Positions 10,835-21,199 of a stretch of 64,000 nt of DNA are shown here, piece after piece. Made by a program: the position numbers and the translations under genes. Source of the DNA: an uncultured Acidobacteriota bacterium (GTDB lineage: Bacteria > Acidobacteriota > UBA6911 > RPQK01 > JAPXNP01); contig CAVZRV010000015.1 of the NCBI GenBank assembly GCA_963777605.1, positions 128,001 to 192,000 on the forward strand, given 5' to 3'. Every line of letters starts with the position of its first letter. Position 1 is the stretch's first letter. Below the pieces are notes generated by a model. The model was not told the origin of the DNA. It did not search any database and saw only the letters and a program-made list of their open reading frames with translations.

Positions 10835-12169
10835 TCACGGCTCCATCCCGAGTGTGGAGGGCGGCACCACCGAATCAGCCATCGAGAGTTCCCTGAAGTT
10901 CCGGAATCGGTGGAAGGTCAGGAAGTTCGCGTCGTGCTGGTTGTGAGCGCCACCCTCCCCGTCGTCGAAGGCTGTCCGGCTCAGCGCGATCAGGTCATTT
11001 CCTTCGAACAGCCAGTCCAGGTACTGAAACCCATGATGCTCACGGTCGGGATAGTAGAGGGGGATGCTGCGAACTTCCCAGTTGCGAAGATCTGGAGAGG
11101 AAACCAATGCGACGGTATTTCGCGTCCGTTCCGGGTTGTCGTTGACCTCGGAAGGCGGGACGAAGTTGGTGAGAGACCAGTAAAGGCCGCTATCAGAGTC
11201 GAAACGGATAGTGAACTTCTTGCACCCTCCCGGGAACGCAATGAATCCCGAGTCGGGATCGAACGAGGCCGTCGTCCCGTCCGCGCTGATCTGGATCAGG
11301 GCCGCTTTTCCACCTTCCGGACGATAATCGACTCGAAGGAAATCGACGACCCCGCCACCGGGAGCCACCACGGCATTCCCCTCCAGCCATCCACCAAAAC
11401 GCCCGGACAACCATTCGGGATTCCTGCCGATGCGATTGCTCAAGGTCCAGTTCTCCGCCCGCAGGAGGTCCGCGTCTTCGGGAATCGACATCATGAACGC
11501 GCGGAAGTGACTGCCCCAGCCATCCGGCCCCATGGCATCCTCCATGGCACGCCAGAGGCGGCCCTCGTGAAATACCACGGGAACCGGAGCACAGTGATAG
11601 GACCCGTCCGACCGCAGCAATCCCGACTGCTCGTCAACCGGTTTAGTCCAGGTTTGGCCGTTGTCACTCGAGCGGAGAATCACCGCATACCCGTTTTGCC
11701 GTGTGGTCCCCATCAGGTAGACATCTCCCCGGTGGACGAACACGCTGGCCCAGAAGAGCCCCTTCACGTCCGCCTCCCGGGCCCAGTTCCGGCCCTTATC
11801 CCGGGAGCGAAACATCCGGGTCACCGCCGACTCGTCCTGCGTCGAACCCGGGCCGAACTCGTCACACTTGGCCAGGTAGTCACCGTTGGGAAGAATCGCA
11901 ATTCCCGGGGAACCCAGGTAGATGCCCGTCGAGGCGGGGCTGTGTTCCACGACTACGCCTGAGACCTCGACCGGTGTCTCGGTCGCCAGTGGACCCGTCC
12001 CGGACTCCGTTCCGGTCTCGCCACAGGAAATCGTCAGCGCCAACAGAGACAGCCCCAGAAAACAGCGCACCAGGCGGAGAAAAAAGCCCACACGGTACTT
12101 CCGGTCCGTGTGGGCCGAGACCGGGAAAGGAGTAAACGCGGAAACGATCGAGAGTAAGTTCCAATCCAT
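10835..12169 (-). CDS. BNR/Asp-box sialidase-like protein
   Basis: Asp-boxes SRDKGRNW, SSDNGQTW, SPDLRNW; lipoprotein-like signal; start uncertain. Confidence 0.75.
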   Translation of the reverse strand: MDWNLLSIVSAFTPFPVSAHTDRKYRVGFFLRLVRCFLGLSLLALTISCGETGTESGTGPLATETPVEVSGVVVEHSPASTGIYLGSPGIAILPNGDYLAKCDEFGPGSTQDESAVTRMFRSRDKGRNWAREADVKGLFWASVFVHRGDVYLMGTTRQNGYAVILRSSDNGQTWTKPVDEQSGLLRSDGSYHCAPVPVVFHEGRLWRAMEDAMGPDGWGSHFRAFMMSIPEDADLLRAENWTLSNRIGRNPEWLSGRFGGWLEGNAVVAPGGGVVDFLRVDYRPEGGKAALIQISADGTTASFDPDSGFIAFPGGCKKFTIRFDSDSGLYWSLTNFVPPSEVNDNPERTRNTVALVSSPDLRNWEVRSIPLYYPDREHHGFQYLDWLFEGNDLIALSRTAFDDGEGGAHNQHDANFLTFHRFRNFRELSMADSVVPPSTLGMEP

Positions 12170-12337
12170 CAGGGATGCACTCTAATCCAAAGGTGTCGCG
12201 GTTTCCAGCAGTAACTCCGGGCCGCCAGAACCCTCACTCCGTGCGGAAGTTCATCTCTTCGAACCAGTTCATCACGACCTTGATCCTGGAAGGAAAGAAG
12301 CGCCGGAAGGAGCATGACCGGGAGCCGTGCCTCGGAT

Positions 12338-13573
12338 TCAAGCCCGGGCAGAGCCGTCTTCCTCCCGCAGGAAGCGAAGCACCTGTTCGAGGGATTCTGC
12401 CTGTCCAAATCCGCCGGCTTTGGTCACGACCGGCAAAGAGGGGCAGAGTCCTCCCCTCAATTCCCCACAAGGGATTCCGGGAAGGACTTCACCCAGGACC
12501 CGGATTGCCACGACCCCGAGTGCCCCGCAGACCGCCCGGGCCGTGTCGCCACCCGTCATTACCAGCCCTCCCAGGGGAATTCCCGGAACGATGCGACGGA
12601 CCAACTCCCCCAGGAAGAGGACTACGTCGGGACAGTTGGGAGCCTCGTCACCCCCCCCTCCGGCCGAAAAAACCACATCGTTCCCCTCAAGCAGGAGTTT
12701 GCGCGCCCGTTCCTCAAGGTCTCGCATGCCCAGGGTCATCTCATCGGGCCCGGGCACCTGAAAAACGACACTCCCGCCCTCGCCCAGGCGCTGAACCTGG
12801 GCCCGGGTCTGAGGATGACGGCTCCCAGCAACAACGAGCACCGGGCCGCTTCGATGCTCCGGCCTCGTCGGGCTCCCGGACTGCCGGCTCTGAACGCCCA
12901 CATCGACGAGCGCCGCCATGAGTCCCGCGGACCCACAGAAGAGTCGAAGACCGGCGGAAAGGCCCCACACGGCCAGGCGTCGAAGATCGGCATCGGTTTC
13001 GGCATCCGCAATCACGAGAACGGAAGACGGCCCCGCGAGAGCCCCCTCCAGTCCAGCCTCGAGGGAGCGCACCCGGCCAAGGTCAACGGTCAACACCGCT
13101 TCAGAGATGTGCCCGCAGAGCCGCCTGAGATCACATTCTCCAGCGTCCTTTGCAAACCCGGTCCGATCCAGACGGACCCCGTAAACGTACTGGCAGCCAC
13201 CAACGGTCGTTCGTCCCTGCGCCGGAAAAGCGGGTGCGATCAGAGCGCTGTCCAGTCCCGACGATTCCATAAGAGCCGACAACTCCGATCCCGGATGGCC
13301 TCTCAACGTCGAGTCTATCTTCTTGTACACAATCCGGGAACCGGGGAGGATCCCGGAATTCTGCAAACCGGACACAAGCTCGCGGACCCGTCCGGTTGCG
13401 GAGTCTCGGTCCAGATCGCGGCTGTCGGTCGTCAGAACCAGGCAGTCCACGGCTTCAGAGGAGAGCCACTCGAACGGAATCAGCACTCGCAAGCCCTTCG
13501 CAGCCACAGCGGCCGCCGCGTCCGCGGCACCGGTCAGGTCATCGGCAATGATCAGGATCTCGGGACTTTTCAT
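12338..13573 (-). CDS. Four-carbon acid sugar kinase (DUF1537; DtnK/DenK family)
   Basis: IADDLTGA.D, KKIDSTLRG, PAFPAQGR, GSAG, TGGDTA and TKAGGFG motifs. Confidence 0.9.
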   Translation of the reverse strand: MKSPEILIIADDLTGAADAAAAVAAKGLRVLIPFEWLSSEAVDCLVLTTDSRDLDRDSATGRVRELVSGLQNSGILPGSRIVYKKIDSTLRGHPGSELSALMESSGLDSALIAPAFPAQGRTTVGGCQYVYGVRLDRTGFAKDAGECDLRRLCGHISEAVLTVDLGRVRSLEAGLEGALAGPSSVLVIADAETDADLRRLAVWGLSAGLRLFCGSAGLMAALVDVGVQSRQSGSPTRPEHRSGPVLVVAGSRHPQTRAQVQRLGEGGSVVFQVPGPDEMTLGMRDLEERARKLLLEGNDVVFSAGGGGDEAPNCPDVVLFLGELVRRIVPGIPLGGLVMTGGDTARAVCGALGVVAIRVLGEVLPGIPCGELRGGLCPSLPVVTKAGGFGQAESLEQVLRFLREEDGSARA

Positions 13574-14856
13574 GTTCCGACGATCGGCAGTGTGTCCGGG
13601 GCATGGGTCAAAGCCAGCACCGTCGCCCCCAATCCCTGCCTCCTTGATGCTTCTCCGAGCGCATCCTGCAGGCAACTGAAGGGACGGAACCCAAGAGCCC
13701 TTGCATCCTCTTTGCTGATCCCGGGGCTCACCAGAGAGACTGCGGCGTGCTCGCGAACCCGGGCCCACGCCAGCGCCAGGGCGCCGGAAACTCGGTCCGC
13801 GATTTTACCCCGTTCAACCAGGTCGAGGATCTCGGCGGATGGTTTCGAGGTGTAGTTCAACATCTCGCAATGGGTCTGGCTTACCCCCTCCGGACAGGGA
13901 GTCACCAAAATGATTGTCCCACCGGCGCGAACCGTCATGTCGGCGGGGTAAAGAGACTTGTGAGCCTGCCAGAATTCAATGTCACAGGGGCAGGATCCCG
14001 CGACGACTATGTCGGCGCGGCGCGGGACCCGGGCTCCGTAGATCCGGCGGGCGAACGCAGCACCCTCCCGGAATGCCTGTCGGGGGTCTCCGTAGAACGC
14101 TCTTACCAGTTCCCCGGAAGCGTTCAGCACGCAGTTCAGAACCGCCGAAAGCCCGACCCGCTCGGCGATCTCCTCCATTTCCGCCCGAACCGGGTTCTCC
14201 AACTGCCCAAGGTAGGAGGATTCAGCACGGGTACTCAGGAGGTGAGTTGCCCCGGTGGTTTCGGCCCCGGTGATTCCCGGCTGAATGATCTTGCCTCCAC
14301 CGGAAAAGCCCGGAATGTGGTGAGGAACAATGCTGCCGATTCCGATTACCACGTCCGCCTCAAGGGCGCGGCCGCAAACGCTGACCGGGGTACCGTTCGA
14401 GGAGTCGCCCAGGCCGACCAGTTCCCCCTCCTCCTGCCACGGATGGTTGTAGACCGGCACGCGGCGGAGGACTTCAGCGCCAAACCTGGTTTCAATCTCG
14501 CTCGAAGTCATGCGACGGTGAGTTCCCAGGGCAATCAGGACTTCGACCTGGTTGTCGCCGACGCCGGCCCGGTTGAGTTCTTCCAACAATTCCAGGCAAA
14601 TCCGATCGACCGGGGTGAGCCGGGTCATGTCGTCGGCGACGAGCAGGACGTTCCGGCGATTCCGAACCAGGTCATGCAGGTGAGACTGGGCAATCGGCTG
14701 ATCGAGGGCCCGCCTCAACTCGGCCCCAACGTCGGAGCAGGGACCCGTCGGTTGCGGAGAAAATTGACCGATCAGGTGACGCTCCTCGACAGATGCCCGG
14801 ATGGTTCCGTCGCCGAAGGGAAGAACGAGTTCAGTCATCTCCGAACGGGGAGCCAT
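13570..14856 (-). CDS. larA: Nickel-pincer-dependent LarA-family racemase/epimerase
   Basis: DDMTR.TP, ALGTHR, PHH..GFSGGGK.I.PG and QAHK motifs; overlaps the downstream kinase by 4 bp. Confidence 0.88.
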   Translation of the reverse strand: MAPRSEMTELVLPFGDGTIRASVEERHLIGQFSPQPTGPCSDVGAELRRALDQPIAQSHLHDLVRNRRNVLLVADDMTRLTPVDRICLELLEELNRAGVGDNQVEVLIALGTHRRMTSSEIETRFGAEVLRRVPVYNHPWQEEGELVGLGDSSNGTPVSVCGRALEADVVIGIGSIVPHHIPGFSGGGKIIQPGITGAETTGATHLLSTRAESSYLGQLENPVRAEMEEIAERVGLSAVLNCVLNASGELVRAFYGDPRQAFREGAAFARRIYGARVPRRADIVVAGSCPCDIEFWQAHKSLYPADMTVRAGGTIILVTPCPEGVSQTHCEMLNYTSKPSAEILDLVERGKIADRVSGALALAWARVREHAAVSLVSPGISKEDARALGFRPFSCLQDALGEASRRQGLGATVLALTHAPDTLPIVGT

Positions 14857-15846
14857 CTAGTCATTCCGGGTGAAGCGAACCGCCAATTGAATCGCCTGGA
14901 CCAGGCTGTCCGGTCTCGCCTTCCCGGTACCTGCGATGTCGAAGGCGGTGCCGTGGTCAACCGAAGTTCGGACGATCGGAATCCCCAGGGTCACGTTGAC
15001 CGACTCGTCCATCGCCACCAGCTTCATCGGTCCGTGCCCCTGGTCGTGATACATGGCGATGACCATCTCGAAGTCCCCGCCTCTCATCCGGTTGAAAATG
15101 GTATCTGCCGGATAAGGTCCCGAACATTGCAGGCCCTCCTGCAGAGCCGACTCGATCGCCGGAACAATCTCGTCGATTTCCTCGTTTCCAAAAGCACCCC
15201 CCTCGCCGGCATGCGGGTTCAGGCCGCAGACAGCGATCCGGCCCTTCTCAATCCCCAACCGCTCCAGCGCCTGGGCCGCAATCTGAAGGGTGGTCAGAAT
15301 CCGCTCCATGTGGGCCAACTGAATCGCCTCCCGAAGGGAACAATGAGTCGAGTTGTGAACGACCCTCATGTTGTGCGAGAAGAGGCCCATCCGGTAGTTC
15401 CGAGTGCCGGTGGTCTCGGCAAGCAACTCGGTGTGGCCGGCATACCCGTAACCCGCCCGGTGGATGGCCTCCTTGTTGAGCGGCCCCGTCACAATCGCGT
15501 CCACCGAACTCTCGACCGCCAGCCGTGCCGCCGTGCGGACCCACTCCACGGCACAGCGTCCGGCTTCCGGATCGAGCACCCCCGGACGACGAACCGGCGC
15601 CTTCCAGCCACCGTCGAGGACCGGGACTTGATTTTCATCCACCCGCAAAGCGTCCTCGATGCTGCCAACGGGACAGGGATCGGGAGTCCCCTCAGCAAAC
15701 CGGCGACAGCTGCTGTAGGCGTCGAGGTCGCCGAAAACGACCATCCGGGTAGACCGACGCAGGTCTTTCATCGCCAGTACCTTGGCGAAAATCTCCGGCC
15801 CGACGCCGTTGACGTCACCCATGGTGAGTGCAATCAGTGGTTTCAC
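14857..15846 (-). CDS. pdxA: PdxA2 (4-phospho-tetronate / 4-hydroxythreonine-4-phosphate dehydrogenase)
   Basis: TMGD.NGVGPE, GHTELLA, GLNPHAGE, AMYHDQGH, RTSVDHGTAFDIAG. Confidence 0.92.
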   Translation of the reverse strand: MKPLIALTMGDVNGVGPEIFAKVLAMKDLRRSTRMVVFGDLDAYSSCRRFAEGTPDPCPVGSIEDALRVDENQVPVLDGGWKAPVRRPGVLDPEAGRCAVEWVRTAARLAVESSVDAIVTGPLNKEAIHRAGYGYAGHTELLAETTGTRNYRMGLFSHNMRVVHNSTHCSLREAIQLAHMERILTTLQIAAQALERLGIEKGRIAVCGLNPHAGEGGAFGNEEIDEIVPAIESALQEGLQCSGPYPADTIFNRMRGGDFEMVIAMYHDQGHGPMKLVAMDESVNVTLGIPIVRTSVDHGTAFDIAGTGKARPDSLVQAIQLAVRFTRND

Positions 15847-16112
15847 GCTACATCGCTCCTTGTACCCGCTGGCCTCCCGCGAGGCGGTCCCTGAGAAAGA
15901 GTCCACTGTCCTGACAGGACACTAGTATAGCGGGAACCGCCGCGAAAGCGCCGGCTTGAGTCCCAACACCGGAGGGCGGCAGGACGACCTTCCCAGGTTG
16001 TCCTGTGGGCATGGCTCCTTCGCGCACTGCAGTGCAAATTGGCACTGCCTCGGGAACAGGTCGGAATTGGCCAAAGCAGGCGGCTTCGATCACGAGACAC
16101 CCTCGGGGACGC

Positions 16113-17075
16113 TTATCCTACGCTGGGGCGCCTTCGGCGGCGTGCGATGAGAGAGGTGAGCAGTGGGGTCAGCAGCGCGGTAGTCACCGTAGAGGCGGCG
16201 ACCTGGGGAGTCGCGGCGGCAGCAAGCGATCGCAGTGAAGGGTCTACCAGGGCCACCGCTTCGGGCGTGGCAACCGCGTTACCCGCTGTACTCGAGGCAG
16301 CCGCCCCGGCGACTCCACTACCGCCGGAAGCCCGGTCGGCCAGGATGTTAAAGATCCCGCCGATCACGGTCGTCATGAATCCGAGCAGAACACCCGGGAA
16401 CCCGGCTTCGAGGAGGTTCATGAAGTCAATCCCGGCCCCCAGGGCAAAAGCAAAGAAGGGAATCAACACCGGGCCACCTTTCTGCAGCATTTCCCGCATT
16501 CGCGGATCCAGGTTCCCGAGCACCATCCCGATCACAATGGGAGCGATCACCGCTACAAGACCCATCAACGGAATTTTCGCCATTCCTGCCGCGCCCAGCG
16601 CAACCATGGTCAGAAAGGGGCCATCGTTAATTGAGATCACGGCAATGGCCCCAACCTCGGATTCGTCCCCGAACTCGCCGGCCAGGGCGGCATAGAGACC
16701 ACCGTTGGTATTGGTCATGGCGGCGATTACGGCGAGCGAAGACAACCCCCAAAGCCCCTTGTCCCCAAACAGGAATGCGACCGCAAGTCCGAGCCCGACT
16801 CCGACCAGGAACTTCGTTGCCGTAACAACCAACCCCGTCTTCAGGGCGCGGGGGGCGGTGCGGAAAGTAATACCCGCTCCCATGCAGAGCAGGAACGCCC
16901 CGATAAGGGCGGGGGCGCCCCGGGCCAGCGCGGTCGTAAAACCCCCGATGGCCAGCAACTGGGGAACGAACGTGTTGATCGCAGCCCCTGCGAGCAGGGG
17001 AACCACCATCATCCCTCCGGGAACAGCCTCGATGGAGTCCTTGATTCTAATAGCCTTAACCACCCATTTCTTCAA
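16113..17075 (-). CDS. kdgT: 2-keto-3-deoxygluconate permease family transporter
   Basis: [36 protein letters not shown] and [10 protein letters not shown] motifs. Confidence 0.9.
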   Translation of the reverse strand: MKKWVVKAIRIKDSIEAVPGGMMVVPLLAGAAINTFVPQLLAIGGFTTALARGAPALIGAFLLCMGAGITFRTAPRALKTGLVVTATKFLVGVGLGLAVAFLFGDKGLWGLSSLAVIAAMTNTNGGLYAALAGEFGDESEVGAIAVISINDGPFLTMVALGAAGMAKIPLMGLVAVIAPIVIGMVLGNLDPRMREMLQKGGPVLIPFFAFALGAGIDFMNLLEAGFPGVLLGFMTTVIGGIFNILADRASGGSGVAGAAASSTAGNAVATPEAVALVDPSLRSLAAAATPQVAASTVTTALLTPLLTSLIARRRRRPSVG

Positions 17076-17234
17076 AAAGTTGCAGCGAAGAGATTAGCAT
17101 GGCGGACTGCCAGGCAGGCCCAGTCGGCGGATCATCTCCTCCGCGCACCTGAGTTTGACTAGTCGGACCTGTCAGACCTGTCAGACAAACTCATCCGGTC
17201 CCTTTGCCAAGTGGGGCTGAAAGGCTTTAAGGTT

Positions 17235-18572
17235 GTGTGGTTGCTGATTTTGCTGGTAGTTGCCGTCCTCGCGATCATCCTCCTGACGGCAACTCTGAGA
17301 GTTCATCCCTTCCTGGCTCTTCTCGGTGCCGCTTTCGGCTACGGCATCCTGAGCGGCAGGCTCAGTCTGGTCGAGGTAGTCGACGCCGTGAACCAGGGGT
17401 TCGGTTCCACGGTTGCCGGGATCGGAATTGTCATTCTTGCGGGCGGGATCATCGGCACGTTCCTGGAGAAATCCGGAGGCGCCCACCGACTGGCGGAGAA
17501 AGTGTTGAACCTGACCGGTGCCCGTCACGTCCCCCTGGCCATGGGAATTATCGGGAGCATCGTCAGCATTCCGGTATTCTGTGATTCCGGGTTTGTCATA
17601 CTGGCACCCCTGAACCGGTCGCTATCGCGCCGAGCCGGCGTACCGCTGGCGGCTTCGGCGATTGCCCTCAGCCTCGGGCTCCTGGCCACCCATTCCATGG
17701 TCCCGCCAACACCCGGTCCGCTAGCCGCTGCCGCCGCCCTGGACGCCGACCTGGGGCTGGTGATTCTGTTCGGTCTCCTGGCAAGCGCAGTCGGACTGTT
17801 TGCGGGCTGGCTCTTCGCTGTAACCGTCGCTGCCCGGGTCAGGACGCCCGGAGTGGACAACCCTCAGTCGGACGATCGCCCGGACAAAGCCAATGCGCCT
17901 TCCGCCGGGCGTTCGCTGGTCCCGATCCTGTTGCCGCTGATTCTGATTCTTCTTCGATCGATCGCACAAGTGACTTCCCTGCCCGGCGGAAGCACGGTCA
18001 ACAGTGCGGTCACCTTTTTCGGACAACCGGTAGTGGCGCTGCTGATCGGCGTGCTGATCGCTTTCACGCTGCCGGCGAAGCTCGAACGCTTCATGCTTTC
18101 GACCGGGGGTTGGGTGGGAGAAGCCGTGACTTCGGTAACCGGCATCATCGTGATCACGGCTGCGGGCGGGGCCTTTGGACGAGTCCTCCAGGAATCGGGC
18201 ATTGCCGCCGTGGTTGGTCACCAGCTTTCCGGAGCCCACCTCGGCATTCTGCTTCCGATCATCATTGCCGCCGCTCTCAAGTCGGCCCAAGGTTCCGGAA
18301 CGGTCGCGATTATCACAACCGCTGGAATCATGGCTCCCTTGATGACTTCATTTGGTCTCGACGCTCCGGCCGCCCGGGCGCTCGTAGTAACCGCGATCGG
18401 AGCCGGAGCCATGGTGGTGAGCCACGCCAACGACAGCTATTTCTGGGTGGTCACCCAACTCTCGGGCCTGTCGGTCAAACAGGGCTATCACCTCCAGACC
18501 CTGGGGACTCTGGTTCAAGGCTGCGTAGCAGCCGGAGCAGTTTGGATCCTCAGCCTTTTGGTGATCACCTGA
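17235..18572 (+). CDS. GntP-family gluconate/acid-sugar permease
   Basis: HPFLAL, IPVFCDSGF, VPPTPGP, AQGSGTVA and SHANDSYFW motifs. Confidence 0.9.
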   Translation: MWLLILLVVAVLAIILLTATLRVHPFLALLGAAFGYGILSGRLSLVEVVDAVNQGFGSTVAGIGIVILAGGIIGTFLEKSGGAHRLAEKVLNLTGARHVPLAMGIIGSIVSIPVFCDSGFVILAPLNRSLSRRAGVPLAASAIALSLGLLATHSMVPPTPGPLAAAAALDADLGLVILFGLLASAVGLFAGWLFAVTVAARVRTPGVDNPQSDDRPDKANAPSAGRSLVPILLPLILILLRSIAQVTSLPGGSTVNSAVTFFGQPVVALLIGVLIAFTLPAKLERFMLSTGGWVGEAVTSVTGIIVITAAGGAFGRVLQESGIAAVVGHQLSGAHLGILLPIIIAAALKSAQGSGTVAIITTAGIMAPLMTSFGLDAPAARALVVTAIGAGAMVVSHANDSYFWVVTQLSGLSVKQGYHLQTLGTLVQGCVAAGAVWILSLLVIT

Positions 18573-18686
18573 AGCTTCAATCAAGATCGCTGCATGGAAA
18601 CGCCGGAACGCCAGGGCGAGCAAGCCCGGGAAAGCCGGATGCACCCGGGCTCAAGTCAACTGCCAGTGCGTCTCCTGAAGGTCCGG

Positions 18687-19121
18687 CTAGTCCTCGACGG
18701 AGATCTCGACCTTCTCCATCACGTCTTCCTGCTGGATGCTCTCAACCACATCCAGGCCCTCGATGACCCGGCCGAATACCGAGTGTTTGCCATCGAGCCA
18801 GGGGGTCTGCACGTGAGTGATGAAGAACTGGGAACCGTTGGTGTTCGGACCGGCATTGGCCATCGACAGGATGCCGGGGCCGTCATGCTTGAGATCGGGA
18901 TGGAACTCGTCGGGGAAGGTATATCCGGGGCCTCCCGTTCCCGTGCCCCGGGGGCAGCCCGCCTGGATCATGAAGTCCTTGATCACGCGGTGAAAGGTAA
19001 GGCCATCGTAAAAGCCATCGCCGGCCAGTTTCTCAAAATTGGCACACGTGTCAGGTGCCTTGTCTTCGAACAGTTCGAGCTTGATCGGCCCGCGCTTCGT
19101 GGTAATGGTTGCAACTTTCAT
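18687..19121 (-). CDS. Cyclophilin-type peptidyl-prolyl isomerase
   Basis: [44 protein letters not shown]. Confidence 0.95.
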   Translation of the reverse strand: MKVATITTKRGPIKLELFEDKAPDTCANFEKLAGDGFYDGLTFHRVIKDFMIQAGCPRGTGTGGPGYTFPDEFHPDLKHDGPGILSMANAGPNTNGSQFFITHVQTPWLDGKHSVFGRVIEGLDVVESIQQEDVMEKVEISVED

Positions 19122-19184
19122 CCAGTGAATTTAACAAAAAAGCCGTCTTGATCGCATTAGCATAGACACGCGGGAACGTTCACA

Positions 19185-21182
19185 ATGGAGAACATGTCAC
19201 GATGGTCCATCATTCTCGTCGCCGGAATGGCTGTGTCCAGTGTCCTGGGCACCGAACGTCCTTTCTTTGATCGGTTCCACCACTCGGCGGTCTTCGGAGA
19301 AGAACGGAACTACCGGATTTTCCTCCCCGCCGATTACGGCACGTCGAATCGCAACTATCCCGTGATCTACTACTTCCACGGTCACAGCGACCGCTATACC
19401 CTGGAGCGCTACGACAACGGGCGCGACACCGTGCCCCGGATCGCTGCGTTCGTCGCCGAGAACCCCGTTATCGTCGTCTCTGTAGACGGCTACGTGGCCC
19501 GCGACTACACCGGCTTCTACGGAGGGTCCCCCTGGGACGTCCGCAAGGAGGGAGGCCAGTTTGACTTTGGCGAGTACTTCCTGGAGCTGGTGAACCACAT
19601 TGACGGGAACTACCGGACGCTGACCGATCGCCGCCACCGGGCCACCTGCGGGCTCAGCATGGGCGGGTTCATGAGCCTCTATCTCAGTGCGAGGTATCCC
19701 GACCTGGTCGGGAGCGCCTCTGCCTTCAACCCGGGGCCGGAATTCTACGTGGGAGAGCCGGGTCGGCGGATCCTCTGGCGTCCCAAGGATCACGTCTCGA
19801 GCCACCGGCAGTCCCGGGTCCGCCTCGTTCGGGCAAGCGGGGACTTCATCAGCCAATACCACGAAGAGACCCGTGACGCCTACTCGAGGGACCACGCCGT
19901 TGACTTCGAGTACCGGCGGGACGAGTTTCACCGCCACGCCGCAACCTCTATCGAAGAGACATTCCGGTTTCACATGACGGCCTTCTCCGAGTCCTGGCTC
20001 GACAACGTTCCGGAACTCTGGAGCTACTGCAGCGCCTATCGCAGCTTCCAGGCCTGGGGCTTGTCCGCGGAGGTCGCCGCCGCCGGACCTGCCTTCACCT
20101 ATCTCGAGAATGTCCGGCAGAGCGGCATGAGAATTCGGACCCGGCGCTGGGCGCCGGACGGTCCTCCTGCCGACGTCTCCATCAGCGTAACCACAGCACC
20201 TCTCTATCGGCCCGACCAGGACTACACCCTTACCGACCTTGCCCTGTCCGACAACCACGTCACGAGCCTGCAGGTACGGTCGGATCACCAGGGCCGGATT
20301 CACTTCCAGGTTGACGGGAGCGGCCATCAGGTCAGCCTCTCGGGGCCGGGAACCGGCGCCGAACCCCCGGTGGTTCTCCCCGGGAAAGAGCCCCTGGTTC
20401 GAGCCCAGGCCGGGACGGCCGTCACACTCGCTCTTCCGGTCTACAACCCGAGAACCACCGTCATGGACCGCGTCGAAGGGGAACTGACGAGCGAATACCC
20501 CACCGTGGAGATCCTCACGCCCCGGTTTGCCGTTGATTCGCTCGGCGCGGCGACGACCATCCGCCCGGAACTGCGTGCCCGGTTCACAGCGGGGGAAGGT
20601 TATCTCGAGCGGGCCCGCCTTCATCTGAAACTCATTTATGACGGTTGGTACGAAACGGCGATCGACTATGACGTCATGGTTGTGCCCGAGGACGTTCCCG
20701 CCCCTCTTAAGTTCGAGATTCTGGACGGGCGGTCAATCACGTTCAACGTCTTCCACCAGAAAGGGAACCAGGGAGGCGGCAGTGCGATCGAGAGGCCGGT
20801 GACAGAGGGGCGCGGAAACGGGAATGGAAGGCTGGAGCCGGGCGAACAGGCCACGGTATGGGTCCAGATCCAACAGGGGCTGGATCCCTTTGACAAGAAC
20901 AACTGGTACCGCTGCAAGGCGTTGAGCGATTCGCCCTGGATCACGGTAGCGGCGGACATCGAGGAGCAAAAGCAGTTGGAGTGGACGGGCGCCCAGGAAC
21001 GAACCAGCCTCATCGAGATGTCCGCAGATGCCCCGTCAGGGACAAGAATCAGGCTCCTGCTGGACAACGAGTCGTGGACCTTCTATTACACTCCGGATGT
21101 CCGCTACGGTTCGGAGCCCCTCTACCAGGCCTTCCAATTCCACAAACGCCATCTGCATCGACTGGAACTGACGGTCCCCTGA
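19185..21182 (+). CDS. Secreted alpha/beta-hydrolase esterase with long unknown C-terminal region
   Basis: Signal peptide, RIFLP..Y, YPVIYYFHG and GLSMGG nucleophile elbow. Confidence 0.75.
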   Translation: MENMSRWSIILVAGMAVSSVLGTERPFFDRFHHSAVFGEERNYRIFLPADYGTSNRNYPVIYYFHGHSDRYTLERYDNGRDTVPRIAAFVAENPVIVVSVDGYVARDYTGFYGGSPWDVRKEGGQFDFGEYFLELVNHIDGNYRTLTDRRHRATCGLSMGGFMSLYLSARYPDLVGSASAFNPGPEFYVGEPGRRILWRPKDHVSSHRQSRVRLVRASGDFISQYHEETRDAYSRDHAVDFEYRRDEFHRHAATSIEETFRFHMTAFSESWLDNVPELWSYCSAYRSFQAWGLSAEVAAAGPAFTYLENVRQSGMRIRTRRWAPDGPPADVSISVTTAPLYRPDQDYTLTDLALSDNHVTSLQVRSDHQGRIHFQVDGSGHQVSLSGPGTGAEPPVVLPGKEPLVRAQAGTAVTLALPVYNPRTTVMDRVEGELTSEYPTVEILTPRFAVDSLGAATTIRPELRARFTAGEGYLERARLHLKLIYDGWYETAIDYDVMVVPEDVPAPLKFEILDGRSITFNVFHQKGNQGGGSAIERPVTEGRGNGNGRLEPGEQATVWVQIQQGLDPFDKNNWYRCKALSDSPWITVAADIEEQKQLEWTGAQERTSLIEMSADAPSGTRIRLLLDNESWTFYYTPDVRYGSEPLYQAFQFHKRHLHRLELTVP

Positions 21183-21199
21183 TCCAGGGCAAAAGAAAA

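Noticed and set aside
12314-15894. Long plus-strand ORFs (513 and 715 aa)
   Set aside because: Antisense shadows of the kinase, larA and pdxA genes, as expected in high-GC DNA; the same applies to other long antisense ORFs in the track.
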